The notes under the pieces were generated by a model. That model was not told where the DNA came from, did no database searches, and was given only the letters and a program-made list of their open reading frames with translations. From NCBI GenBank assembly GCA_016178625.1, contig JACOSX010000135.1, positions 7,130-71,129 of the forward strand: a stretch of DNA of 64,000 nucleotides. Reading direction: 5' to 3'. Both the position numbers and the translations under genes were made by a program. This document shows, one piece after another, positions 37,810 through 45,121 of the stretch. This DNA comes from Ignavibacteria bacterium (lineage in GTDB: Bacteria > Bacteroidota > Ignavibacteria > UBA10030 > SZUA-254). Positions within the stretch are counted from its first letter, which is position 1, and each line of letters begins with the position of its first letter.

Positions 37810-38182
37810 ACTTCGTTCAGAATGACACCCTTTTCTTTTTGGACAGCCTCAGAATTTTCCTCCCCCTCAATGAGCGGGAGTGTCCCGATACATCGGGGCG
37901 AGGGGGTCATAAAAGCCATCGCCATAAGCCATGGTAGGTTACTATGGTATTACACCGGGAGTTCTTCTCGTATCGGCGTGTCAGGTGTGAGGCGAGCAGC
38001 ACTTGATGGGAACACCCATCGATGAAGTTCTGAGAAAGAAAACAACAACACCTGCGTGCAGCCCGCGGCTGCCTTCGGTAGAATGCAGCCAATCCCGTCC
38101 GGAAAGTGCGGAACAGGACAAGGTATTGCGTTATCCCGTGGTGTTAGATATTGCTATCTGACACTGACTGAGTGATCGTCAT

Positions 38183-38350
38183 GTGTCAGGTGGGAAGAGA
38201 GTGTCCGAGAACTGGTGCGTCATTGCGAGAACGACGCAGTCGGTCGAAGCAATCAGACTAGACAATGCACTTTTTCAAAGTATGTCAGATTGCTTCGGCA
38301 CTTCGTGCCTCGCAAAGACAGTTCTTGGATAGTCTCGGAAGACCTGACAC
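38183..38350. repeat. ~170-nt imperfect palindrome (MITE-like or structured RNA) built on CATTGCGAG...GAAGCAATC motifs
   Basis: Five perfectly complementary blocks: GTGTCAGG/CCTGACAC (38183-90/38343-50), TCCGAGA/TCTCGGA (38204-10/38333-39), AGAACTG/CAGTTCT (38208-14/38319-25), TTGCGAG/CTCGCAA (38223-29/38309-15), GAAGCAATC/GATTGCTTC (38246-54/38288-96). Confidence 0.7.
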
Positions 38351-38439
38351 CACAATGAAAACACGCTCTACGAGTCTTCCACTCCCCACGGGTCTACGAC
38401 CTCGTAGAGGATCGTAGATAGACAATGCGTATATAAATT

Positions 38440-38460
38440 GTTAGGCGAAATGCGCTTGCA
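38440..38460. repeat. Left inverted repeat bracketing gene 38487..39371
   Basis: GTTAGGCGAAATGCGCTTGCA. Its reverse complement matches 39377-39397 at 20 of 21 positions. It lies 26 nt upstream of the ATG. Confidence 0.85.
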
Positions 38461-38486
38461 ACTCAATTTTTGAAAAGCAATCAATC

Positions 38487-39371
38487 ATGATCAAAAGCAT
38501 ATCCACTCGAATCGCGATTTTGCTCGGCAGTCTCATGTTATTCTTTGGAACAAGCCCTTGCCAACGGTCTAAGTCATTCAAAAACTATGATGAAGCGAAG
38601 GAAGTAGCGTTATCGACGCACAAATTCATATTTGTGACGTTTGAGACGGACGCGGCTGAAGATTTTAATCGAGTAATGTCATCCGGGCCTTCGCCCACCG
38701 GAATCTATCATGCAACTATTAAAGGAGCACCTTGTAGTAATTTTATTCCGCCAGAAGGGTTGGATCAAAATTTCGTGTTCCTCTTGATCCCATACGATGC
38801 AGGATTCGCTCTGCGCAGCAAATATTATTCAGACGATAAAACAGCTTTAGTTTTGGATGGATTCGGCAACGAGCTATATGTTGAAGTCTGCAAAGGCCGA
38901 GATAAGTTGATCCCAATCTTGCAGTCACTACCACAAGATGCCTCCAAGTATTATGGGCTTCTGAGTAGTTTAGTGGATCATCCCGACTCAATAAATCTAA
39001 AAATGGCCATAGCAGATCTCTGCCAACTCTACCGGGCTACGACTGCAAGTAACAAATACTACGGTGAGATTCTAAACTCCCGACAAACTGAGAAAGATTC
39101 CACTCTCTCTGATCACGTTCGATCACACGTGGCATTGAACGCATTCTTAGATTATGACTATAACAACGCTGAGGATCTCTTCGCCAACCATATCAAAGAT
39201 TATCCTCATAGTTCCGAGCGCCCAATGCAGCTGTTTCTACTCACAAAAATCGAAGTTATCAAGAAACACAAAGACGATGCAATTCAATATTTGAAGCTGC
39301 TACAAACTGAATTTCCGAATGATCAACATACCACCTGGGCGAAAAATCTGCTTGATCAATACAAGGAGTGA
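38487..39371 (+). CDS. Secreted protein: degenerate thioredoxin-like N-domain (no CxxC) plus C-terminal TPR-like helices
   Basis: Signal peptide (possible lipobox FGTSPC). YDEAKEVALSTHKFIFVTFETD resembles thioredoxin-like/DUF255 N-termini but lacks cysteines. The C-terminal helical repeats are TPR-like. The call is tentative. Confidence 0.45.
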   Translation: MIKSISTRIAILLGSLMLFFGTSPCQRSKSFKNYDEAKEVALSTHKFIFVTFETDAAEDFNRVMSSGPSPTGIYHATIKGAPCSNFIPPEGLDQNFVFLLIPYDAGFALRSKYYSDDKTALVLDGFGNELYVEVCKGRDKLIPILQSLPQDASKYYGLLSSLVDHPDSINLKMAIADLCQLYRATTASNKYYGEILNSRQTEKDSTLSDHVRSHVALNAFLDYDYNNAEDLFANHIKDYPHSSERPMQLFLLTKIEVIKKHKDDAIQYLKLLQTEFPNDQHTTWAKNLLDQYKE

Positions 39372-39376
39372 GTCGG

Positions 39377-39397
39377 TGCAAGCGCACTTCGCCTAAC
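39377..39397. repeat. Right inverted repeat bracketing gene 38487..39371
   Basis: TGCAAGCGCACTTCGCCTAAC, starting 5 nt after the stop codon. It is the partner of 38440-38460. Confidence 0.85.
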
Positions 39398-39420
39398 GAG
39401 GGTGGAACCCGCGTGCACAC

Positions 39421-39450
39421 GTTATACGCCACGCAGCGTCTCAGGAGTCA
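39421..39450. repeat. Left inverted repeat bracketing gene 39475..40005
   Basis: GTTATACGCCACGCAGCGTC followed by TCAGGAGTCA. The reverse complement of 40021-40050 is ...GTTATGCGCCACGCAGCCGTCAAGAGTCCG. The core has 1 mismatch and 1 indel, and the extension is weaker. Confidence 0.8.
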
Positions 39451-39474
39451 GTTGATTGGTAGGAGTGATTTCAC

Positions 39475-40005
39475 ATGGACTTTTCTCAATTCTTCTCAGA
39501 TGTCTTGGCAACAGTGATTGGTGCGGGTCTTGCTCTATGGGGACCAATTTGGCTTGATCGCAAGACCCACTCAAGAGACGAAATGGCCAAAGATAGAGAG
39601 AAACAAAAACGAGCAGGGCAAGTGCTCTCGCTCATCTCTCAAGAGCTTCAGTTCAATTCTGACGCGTTGCGGGCCATCGACGACAATGTTCAAAGCACCT
39701 ACCGCCAGACCCGGGTTGAGACGTGGCAAGCTCTTTCGGACGGCGGTGAACTCAAGCCAATTGACGACCCTGAGTTGCTTGGCCTCATTTCAACCGCATA
39801 CGCTAATATTAGCCATTTTGCCATTCTCTATAACAAGTTTTTTGACATGAAGTTTTTTCCAAAAAAGAATGCGTATGACGCCCTCAAGGATATACTCAGG
39901 AATCATGCAATGAAGGCGAAAGAAGATTCTAGTATTGCAGTGAACATTGCACTTGGTGAGATTTCTAAGAAGTTACCAAAGCATGCTAACAAGTCGGCTG
40001 ATTGA
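39475..40005 (+). CDS. Hypothetical N-terminally membrane-anchored helical protein (176 aa)
   Basis: One N-terminal TM (FFSDVLATVIGAGLALWGPIWL) followed by a charged helical region. SD GGAG lies upstream. No family was recognised. Confidence 0.5.
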   Translation: MDFSQFFSDVLATVIGAGLALWGPIWLDRKTHSRDEMAKDREKQKRAGQVLSLISQELQFNSDALRAIDDNVQSTYRQTRVETWQALSDGGELKPIDDPELLGLISTAYANISHFAILYNKFFDMKFFPKKNAYDALKDILRNHAMKAKEDSSIAVNIALGEISKKLPKHANKSAD

Positions 40006-40020
40006 CCAATACGTGTTTCA

Positions 40021-40050
40021 CGGACTCTTGACGGCTGCGTGGCGCATAAC
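40021..40050. repeat. Right inverted repeat bracketing gene 39475..40005
   Basis: CGGACTCTTGACGGCTGCGTGGCGCATAAC, the partner of 39421-39450. It starts 16 nt after the stop codon. Confidence 0.8.
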
Positions 40051-40116
40051 AAAGCGGCAACACGACGCGCTCAGTCGAATCTTGGAAGCTCAACGCTTCC
40101 TCTCACAATAAATTGA

Positions 40117-40163
40117 TCCATTTGGAGTTTGCCACACTATTGTGTATTTTTATGAATCGTTTG
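40117..40163 (+). promoter_or_regulatory. Copy 1 of a conserved intergenic element containing a sigma70-like promoter (TTGCCA-N16/17-TATGAAT)
   Basis: TCCATTTGGAGTTTGCCACACTATTGTGTATTTTTATGAATCGTTTG. By hand alignment, 38 of 47 positions are identical to 41623-41668. It lies ~100 nt upstream of ATG 40265. Confidence 0.5.
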
Positions 40164-40264
40164 CTCAACTGCCACACTTTGTGCAAACACTACCTTCGCG
40201 GAGGTAACATCTAATTCGGACTTTCTCATTTACATAAACCTCGTCATCTCTGGAAAAATCTATC

Positions 40265-41575
40265 ATGAAATCCACACTCTTTCTCGTCGCAGCAACTCTG
40301 GTGGTCCTCATTCAGTCGTCAGCCCAAAATAACAACTGGAGCGTGAGTGTGAAGAACGGACCGATTTACGATAACGTATCTCTTCAAGCACTTGTCGGTG
40401 ACTCGCTTTCGGTCCGCGACTCGATGCAAACCTACATGCTTCCCATTGCTTCCATTGCGAAGGTGGTGCGTGACGAGCACGGTTCGCGGGTTGCAACAGG
40501 CTTAGTTGTGGGTGCAGTGACTGGTAGTGCCCTCGGTTTCTTGGCCGCTCAATTGTTGGACAAAAAGAGCCCGAGCGGAAATTACTACTATTATTCATCC
40601 GGGGAGGAAAACAACAAAACCGCATATATGCTCGTGGGAGGTGGTGTCGGGAGTCTCGTTGGCCTTTTTGCTGGCTTATCATCCGTGACGAAGACCTACA
40701 ATCTGCAAAAGATGGGATTAGAGGAGAGAAGAATAACTCTTGAATCAATCTTATGGAAAGAAGGGAGACAGCTGTCTCACGCCCAGCCTGAACAGAGAGA
40801 TGTTGCATATCTGAAAAACGGCAGCATCATTAGAGGCACAATTTTCGAAGTGATACCCGATAGCACGGTAACGATTCAGACGGCTGACAAAAGTATGTTT
40901 AAATTCAAGATGACGGAGATTGAGAAGATCACAAAGGAAGTTTCAACAACAGACAGTACCATCGACTTCAAGAAGAACGATCCTCCCAAACCTGTCTTCG
41001 GTGTCTACGCTGGTCTCGCCGCGCCTGCGGGAGAGTTTGGTGCAACTGATCTTAACGGTGGAGCCGCGAAGACTGGCTTTTGCTTTGGCGGAGAGATGAG
41101 CCTCCAAACAACCGCTGGAATCGGCTGGCTCTCGAGTTTGACTTTTTTATTCAACGGCGTTGATGCGAGCAGCTTAGTACTCCCAGATTCTTTCCATGCA
41201 ACCGTTGATGTTGGGCCATGGTTCCTAATAATGCCGATGACCGGTGTAAGATTTGGCGGACCGATTTCTCCGAACATTGCTATATTTGGTCTTGGACAGA
41301 TCGGTTTGCTCATCGGCAATAGTCCAGAGATCAACATGTCAATCAACAGTCCAACTGCCCGTGGCAGTGTCAAGGTCGCATCAGCCACAGGGACGGCATT
41401 TACCTTTGCTGTCGGTGGTGGATTGATCTTCAACAACAATATTACTGCCGGTGCGCGGTACCTGCATGGGGAGCCTGAATACACTTTGACAATATCCGGT
41501 AATGGCGGTTCAGTATCAAGCAAAGGTAAACAATCGACATCGATCTTTCAGATTACTGCGGGGTACAATTTCTGA
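40265..41575 (+). CDS. Hypothetical outer-membrane protein: glycine-zipper segments, KNGS..RG..-type small domain, C-terminal beta-barrel
   Basis: Signal peptide. GLVVGAVTGSALGFLAAQ and LVGGGVGSLVGLFAGL are glycine zippers. AYLKNGSIIRGTIFEVIPDSTVTIQT follows. Alternating-hydrophobicity strands end ...FQITAGYNF with a terminal Phe, the OMP signature. Confidence 0.5.
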   Translation: MKSTLFLVAATLVVLIQSSAQNNNWSVSVKNGPIYDNVSLQALVGDSLSVRDSMQTYMLPIASIAKVVRDEHGSRVATGLVVGAVTGSALGFLAAQLLDKKSPSGNYYYYSSGEENNKTAYMLVGGGVGSLVGLFAGLSSVTKTYNLQKMGLEERRITLESILWKEGRQLSHAQPEQRDVAYLKNGSIIRGTIFEVIPDSTVTIQTADKSMFKFKMTEIEKITKEVSTTDSTIDFKKNDPPKPVFGVYAGLAAPAGEFGATDLNGGAAKTGFCFGGEMSLQTTAGIGWLSSLTFLFNGVDASSLVLPDSFHATVDVGPWFLIMPMTGVRFGGPISPNIAIFGLGQIGLLIGNSPEINMSINSPTARGSVKVASATGTAFTFAVGGGLIFNNNITAGARYLHGEPEYTLTISGNGGSVSSKGKQSTSIFQITAGYNF

Positions 41576-41622
41576 AATAGTACACAATGGTGGGAAGTCG
41601 GAGCTTGCTCACCATGAACTGG

Positions 41623-41668
41623 TCCATTTGGAGTTCGCAACACTATTCCGTACTTTTACAATCGTTGT
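41623..41668 (+). promoter_or_regulatory. Copy 2 of the conserved intergenic element (TTCGCA-N17-TACAAT)
   Basis: TCCATTTGGAGTTCGCAACACTATTCCGTACTTTTACAATCGTTGTG. Weaker similarity to copy 1 extends ~35 nt upstream and ~15 nt downstream. Confidence 0.5.
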
Positions 41669-41743
41669 GCAATTCTATCAACACATCAAATAAAAAGTTG
41701 GTACCAGAAAATCAGCATGAAGAACTAATTATTTTTTTATAAC

Positions 41744-41923
41744 TGATGTTACGCGGACGAGGTGTATTTGAAAAGTTCTAATAATCGTAGCTGCTTTCCT
41801 AAGTATGACCTCTCCTATAATCCTCCCCTCATAGGGGAGGATGTTAAAACATCCTCTCCTCACAGGAGAGGGTTAGGGGTGAGGTCCAAAAAAGGAATCA
41901 ATCTTTGATTCTGCGTAACATCA
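41744..41923. repeat. 180-nt non-coding module bounded by a perfect 11-nt inverted repeat (TGATGTTACGC / GCGTAACATCA) and containing twin 8-bp hairpins
   Basis: The inverted repeat is at 41744-54 and 41913-23, with flanks extending it imperfectly. The internal hairpins are CCTCCCCT-cat-AGGGGAGG (41822-40) and CCTCTCCT-cac-AGGAGAGG (41853-71), followed by GTTAGGGGTGAGGT. Confidence 0.7.
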
Positions 41924-41955
41924 ATTAATAAACCAAATCCCTCTTGGAGAAACTC

Positions 41956-44322
41956 ATGGCGTCCATCAAACATCATCGTGTGGTAATGACTTGTCTTTTG
42001 CTCATCACTATTTCCTTCGTGGGATACGCACAACAGAAGGTGGCTTCAAACAAATCGAACTACGACTATGTGAACCCCTTTATCGGAACGCAGGAAATGG
42101 GACATACTTTTCCCGGCGCCTGTGTCCCTTTTGGGATGGTACAACTCAGCCCTGAAACAGATACGGTTGAATACTTTGACAACGGGAAATATAATCCCAA
42201 TGTATATCGGTACTGTGCAGGTTACCAATATGCCGATAGAACAATTGTTGGATTCAGTCATACGCACTTTAGCGGAACCGGGCATTCCGATCTTGGTGAT
42301 TTCTTGATCATGCCGACCACCGGACAATTACAACTCAGTCCCGGAACTGCCGCACATCCTGAACGTGGCTACCGCTCACCGTTTAGTCACAATGAGGAAT
42401 CTGCTTCGCCTGGTTATTACCGTGTGAGATTACATAAATACAACATTAACGCCGAGCTTACAGCTACGACCAGAGTAGGGTTTCATCAATACACATTTCC
42501 TCAAACAGATAGCGCTCACATCATTCTTGATATGAACTACAGCTTATACAATTACCCGGGCAAAGTGTTGTGGAGCTACGTCCGTGTTGAGAATGATACG
42601 CTCGTTACGGGCTATCGAATAACTCAGGGTTGGGCACGCACCCGGTATCTTCATTTCGCGATGAGCTTCTCGAAACCGTTCAAAGGATATGGATATAAGA
42701 ACGATGAAGAACCCTCGTACAAAGGCTTCTGGAGGAAGTTCAATCAGTATGACAATTTCCCCGAGATGGCAGGTAAGAACATAAAAGCCTATTTTGATTT
42801 CAGCACACATCAGAATGAAAAGATAAAAATTAAATTGGCAATCTCATCGGTCAGCACGGAAGGTGCTTTGAAGAACCTTCGCTCGGAAATTCCTCACTGG
42901 AATTTTGAGACCATCCGTTCCGATGCTCGCACATTGTGGGGAAAAGAACTAGACAACGTTTCAATTACGGCTCCCGACAGCACAAAGACGAGTTTCTACA
43001 CCTCTTTGTATCATGCCTATATCAGTCCGATTACATACAGCGATATCGATGGGAATTATAGGGGGTTAGATAACAACATCCATACGGCGGATAAATATAC
43101 CAACTACACGATATTTTCTTTGTGGGATACGTACCGAGCGTTGCATCCGCTGTTCACGATCCTTCAGCCGAAGCGGGTTTCCGATATGGTTCAATCCATG
43201 CTCGATCATTACGACCAGAGCGCGCACAAACTATTACCAATTTGGACACATGACGGAAATGAAAACTGGTGCATGATCGGTTATCACAGTGTGCCGGTCA
43301 TTGCCGATGCATATCTCAAAGGCATTCGCGACTACGATGTCAAGAAAGCATTCGAGGCGTGTGTGGCAACTGCTACACATGAATCCTTCCAGGGTATCGG
43401 CGACTATGTCAGATATGGGTATGCCCCATTAGACAAACTAAGTAACTCGGCTTCCATAACATTGGAATATGCCTACGATGATTTTACAGTTGCACAGTTT
43501 GCCAAGGCAATGAACAAACCCGACATAGAAAAACAATTCATGCAGAGGGCGATGAGTTATCGAAACATATTTGATCCTTCGACCGGGTTCATGAGAGCGA
43601 AAGATTCAAAAGGAAATTGGCAAACGCCGATGGACCCTTTGAGCACTGAGGGACAAGGTTTCATTGAAGGAAACGGGTGGAACTATTCTTTCTATGTCCC
43701 ACAGGACGTCAATGGTTACTCAAAGCTTCTGGGCGGCGACAATGTGCTGGTCCGGAAGTTGGATTCTCTCTTCAACATGCAGCTCGATGAGAAATACTTT
43801 GAAAGCACTGAAGATGTTACCCGCGCCGGACTGATAGGTAGTTATGACCAAGGCAATGAACCCAGTCATCATATCTGTTATATGTATGATTGGACCGGAC
43901 AACCGTGGAAGACCCAAGAGAAAATACATTTGGTCATGAATAAAATGTACCGCAGTTTACCTGATGGACTATGCGGCAATGACGACTGCGGGCAAATGAG
44001 CGCATGGTACATTTTCAGCGCATTAGGGTTTTATCCTGTTTGTCCGGGAACTAACCAATACGTCATTGGTAGCCCGTGTGTGAGAGAGGCTAAGTTAGCG
44101 TTGCAAAACAATAAGACCTTTGTCGTGAAAGCCATGAATCTGAGCGGAAAGAATATATATATACAATCAGTAACCCTCAACGGCAAGCAGTTAAACAAGA
44201 CGTATATCATGCATAACGAAATCGTTGACGGCGGTGAATTAGTTTTCACCATGGGCAACAAGCCCAATAAAGAATGGGGTGTGGCTCAAGATGACAAACC
44301 GTATTCTATTTCCAACAAATGA
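41956..44322 (+). CDS. GH92-family alpha-mannosidase, secreted
   Basis: NPFIGTQEMGHTFPGACVPFGMVQLSPET, WDTYRALHPL and GNEPSHHICYMYDWTGQPWKTQ are hallmark GH92 blocks. The ORF-track TTG start is 41944. Confidence 0.9.
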   Translation: MASIKHHRVVMTCLLLITISFVGYAQQKVASNKSNYDYVNPFIGTQEMGHTFPGACVPFGMVQLSPETDTVEYFDNGKYNPNVYRYCAGYQYADRTIVGFSHTHFSGTGHSDLGDFLIMPTTGQLQLSPGTAAHPERGYRSPFSHNEESASPGYYRVRLHKYNINAELTATTRVGFHQYTFPQTDSAHIILDMNYSLYNYPGKVLWSYVRVENDTLVTGYRITQGWARTRYLHFAMSFSKPFKGYGYKNDEEPSYKGFWRKFNQYDNFPEMAGKNIKAYFDFSTHQNEKIKIKLAISSVSTEGALKNLRSEIPHWNFETIRSDARTLWGKELDNVSITAPDSTKTSFYTSLYHAYISPITYSDIDGNYRGLDNNIHTADKYTNYTIFSLWDTYRALHPLFTILQPKRVSDMVQSMLDHYDQSAHKLLPIWTHDGNENWCMIGYHSVPVIADAYLKGIRDYDVKKAFEACVATATHESFQGIGDYVRYGYAPLDKLSNSASITLEYAYDDFTVAQFAKAMNKPDIEKQFMQRAMSYRNIFDPSTGFMRAKDSKGNWQTPMDPLSTEGQGFIEGNGWNYSFYVPQDVNGYSKLLGGDNVLVRKLDSLFNMQLDEKYFESTEDVTRAGLIGSYDQGNEPSHHICYMYDWTGQPWKTQEKIHLVMNKMYRSLPDGLCGNDDCGQMSAWYIFSALGFYPVCPGTNQYVIGSPCVREAKLALQNNKTFVVKAMNLSGKNIYIQSVTLNGKQLNKTYIMHNEIVDGGELVFTMGNKPNKEWGVAQDDKPYSISNK

Positions 44323-44596
44323 TGGGACAGTGAATCGGCACTGCCGTGTTAGCTTTTGGTAGTTGGGAGGGGGCATTGTGTTTACCAATTCATCCCACCC
44401 TGTTGAAAGTACTGATGCAGGTCTTGTCTGGCAACAAGGTTGATCGCCTGCGCGCGTAGATCGATCGGGTTGAGATCGTCTGTTAATACGCGTGCGTGAC
44501 TGATGTCAGGGGTGAACTCCATTATCCCATGTGTGAACTTCTGTTTGCTTTAATAGCCTTCCTTTTTTATCTTACAGCGAACATTCGGGATGATCT

Positions 44597-45118
44597 GTGG
44601 ATTCGATACGGCGGCATACAGTTACTTCTGCGGTACGTGCTCTGAGTTTCATTATTGTCTGCCTATGCAATGTCGAATGCGATCAGGGACTTGCACCTCA
44701 GTCGGTTTCACAGCAGATTCTTCCGTACGGCATCAACGGTGTGATGTATTGTAAAAACTGGCCCCCCAGAGATAGTGTCCTCGATCTCCGGCTTGTCGCT
44801 TTCAGAAATGTTCCAACGCAGAATATCGTGAATGAGGTTCAGCAGGGACGCGCCGAGTTTACTCAATCACTCCAACCCTATGCTGCTGATTCGATCGCGT
44901 ACACGCTTATCCTTTCAACCCTCCAACCGGGAATACTTGAGTATGTTGCCGTCGGTCAACGATACGGGCCCGACATCATGAAAGATTGGAGGGTGGTCGG
45001 CATTTATCATTCGGGAAGAGACACAACCAATCCCGGAACAGTCCAGGTTCCTCCAGATTCTGTCGTTCCAGGGATCAATGTTCTTGTTGATTTTCTGCAC
45101 CTTCCGCCCCAGCCGTAG
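44597..45118 (+). CDS. Hypothetical protein (173 aa) immediately upstream of a TonB-dependent receptor
   Basis: GTG start with a hydrophobic N-terminus (LSFIIVCLCNVEC). The stop lies 3 nt before the receptor start. No family was recognised. Confidence 0.45.
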   Translation: MDSIRRHTVTSAVRALSFIIVCLCNVECDQGLAPQSVSQQILPYGINGVMYCKNWPPRDSVLDLRLVAFRNVPTQNIVNEVQQGRAEFTQSLQPYAADSIAYTLILSTLQPGILEYVAVGQRYGPDIMKDWRVVGIYHSGRDTTNPGTVQVPPDSVVPGINVLVDFLHLPPQP

Positions 45119-45121
45119 TCA

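Noticed and set aside
37717-38025. 102-aa ORF on the plus strand in the hairpin-dense spacer.
   Set aside because: Its translation (..PKVRRNPFGTSDTSF.., ..SPSMSGSVPIHRGEG..) simply reads through palindromic repeats. There is no SD site and no recognisable domain. Such repeat-derived peptides are a common annotation artefact.
37721-38486. Known housekeeping ncRNA (RNase P RNA, tmRNA, SRP RNA, 6S) in the long spacer.
   Set aside because: I could not find the hallmark strings: the GGAAAGUCC-type P4 core, an in-frame ...ALAA tag with a CCA end, or the SRP GGAA/AGCA helix-8 motif. Only generic hairpins are present. A novel RNA is not excluded; see the finding on this spacer.
39372-39474. Integron gene-cassette array: GTTAGGC and GCCTAAC match the attC core sites GTTRRRY / RYYYAAC.
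   Set aside because: In a real attC the complementary arms lie together downstream of the ORF as one 57-141 nt hairpin. Here the arms extend away from the inter-gene junction and pair across the ORF. The 23 nt between GCCTAAC and GTTATAC do not form L''/L' pairing. GTTATAC/GTTATGC violate RRR. No intI gene is in the window. The repeats are kept as an unexplained bracket instead.
40038-40050. Xer/dif-like site: GTGGCGCATAAC resembles the E. coli XerC arm GGTGCGCATAA, suggesting pdif-type modules.
   Set aside because: No second half-site is found at a 6-8 nt spacing. The bracket of the neighbouring gene does not carry the motif. The similarity is limited to about 9 nt, which is too weak to call.
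44382-44522. 46-aa minus-strand ORF (MEFTPDISHARVLTDDLNPIDLRAQAINLVARQDLHQYFQQGGMNW) in the 274-nt spacer after GH92.
   Set aside because: No SD site, no recognisable family and below the ORF-track threshold. It could be a remnant of a small gene, but the evidence is insufficient to call it.
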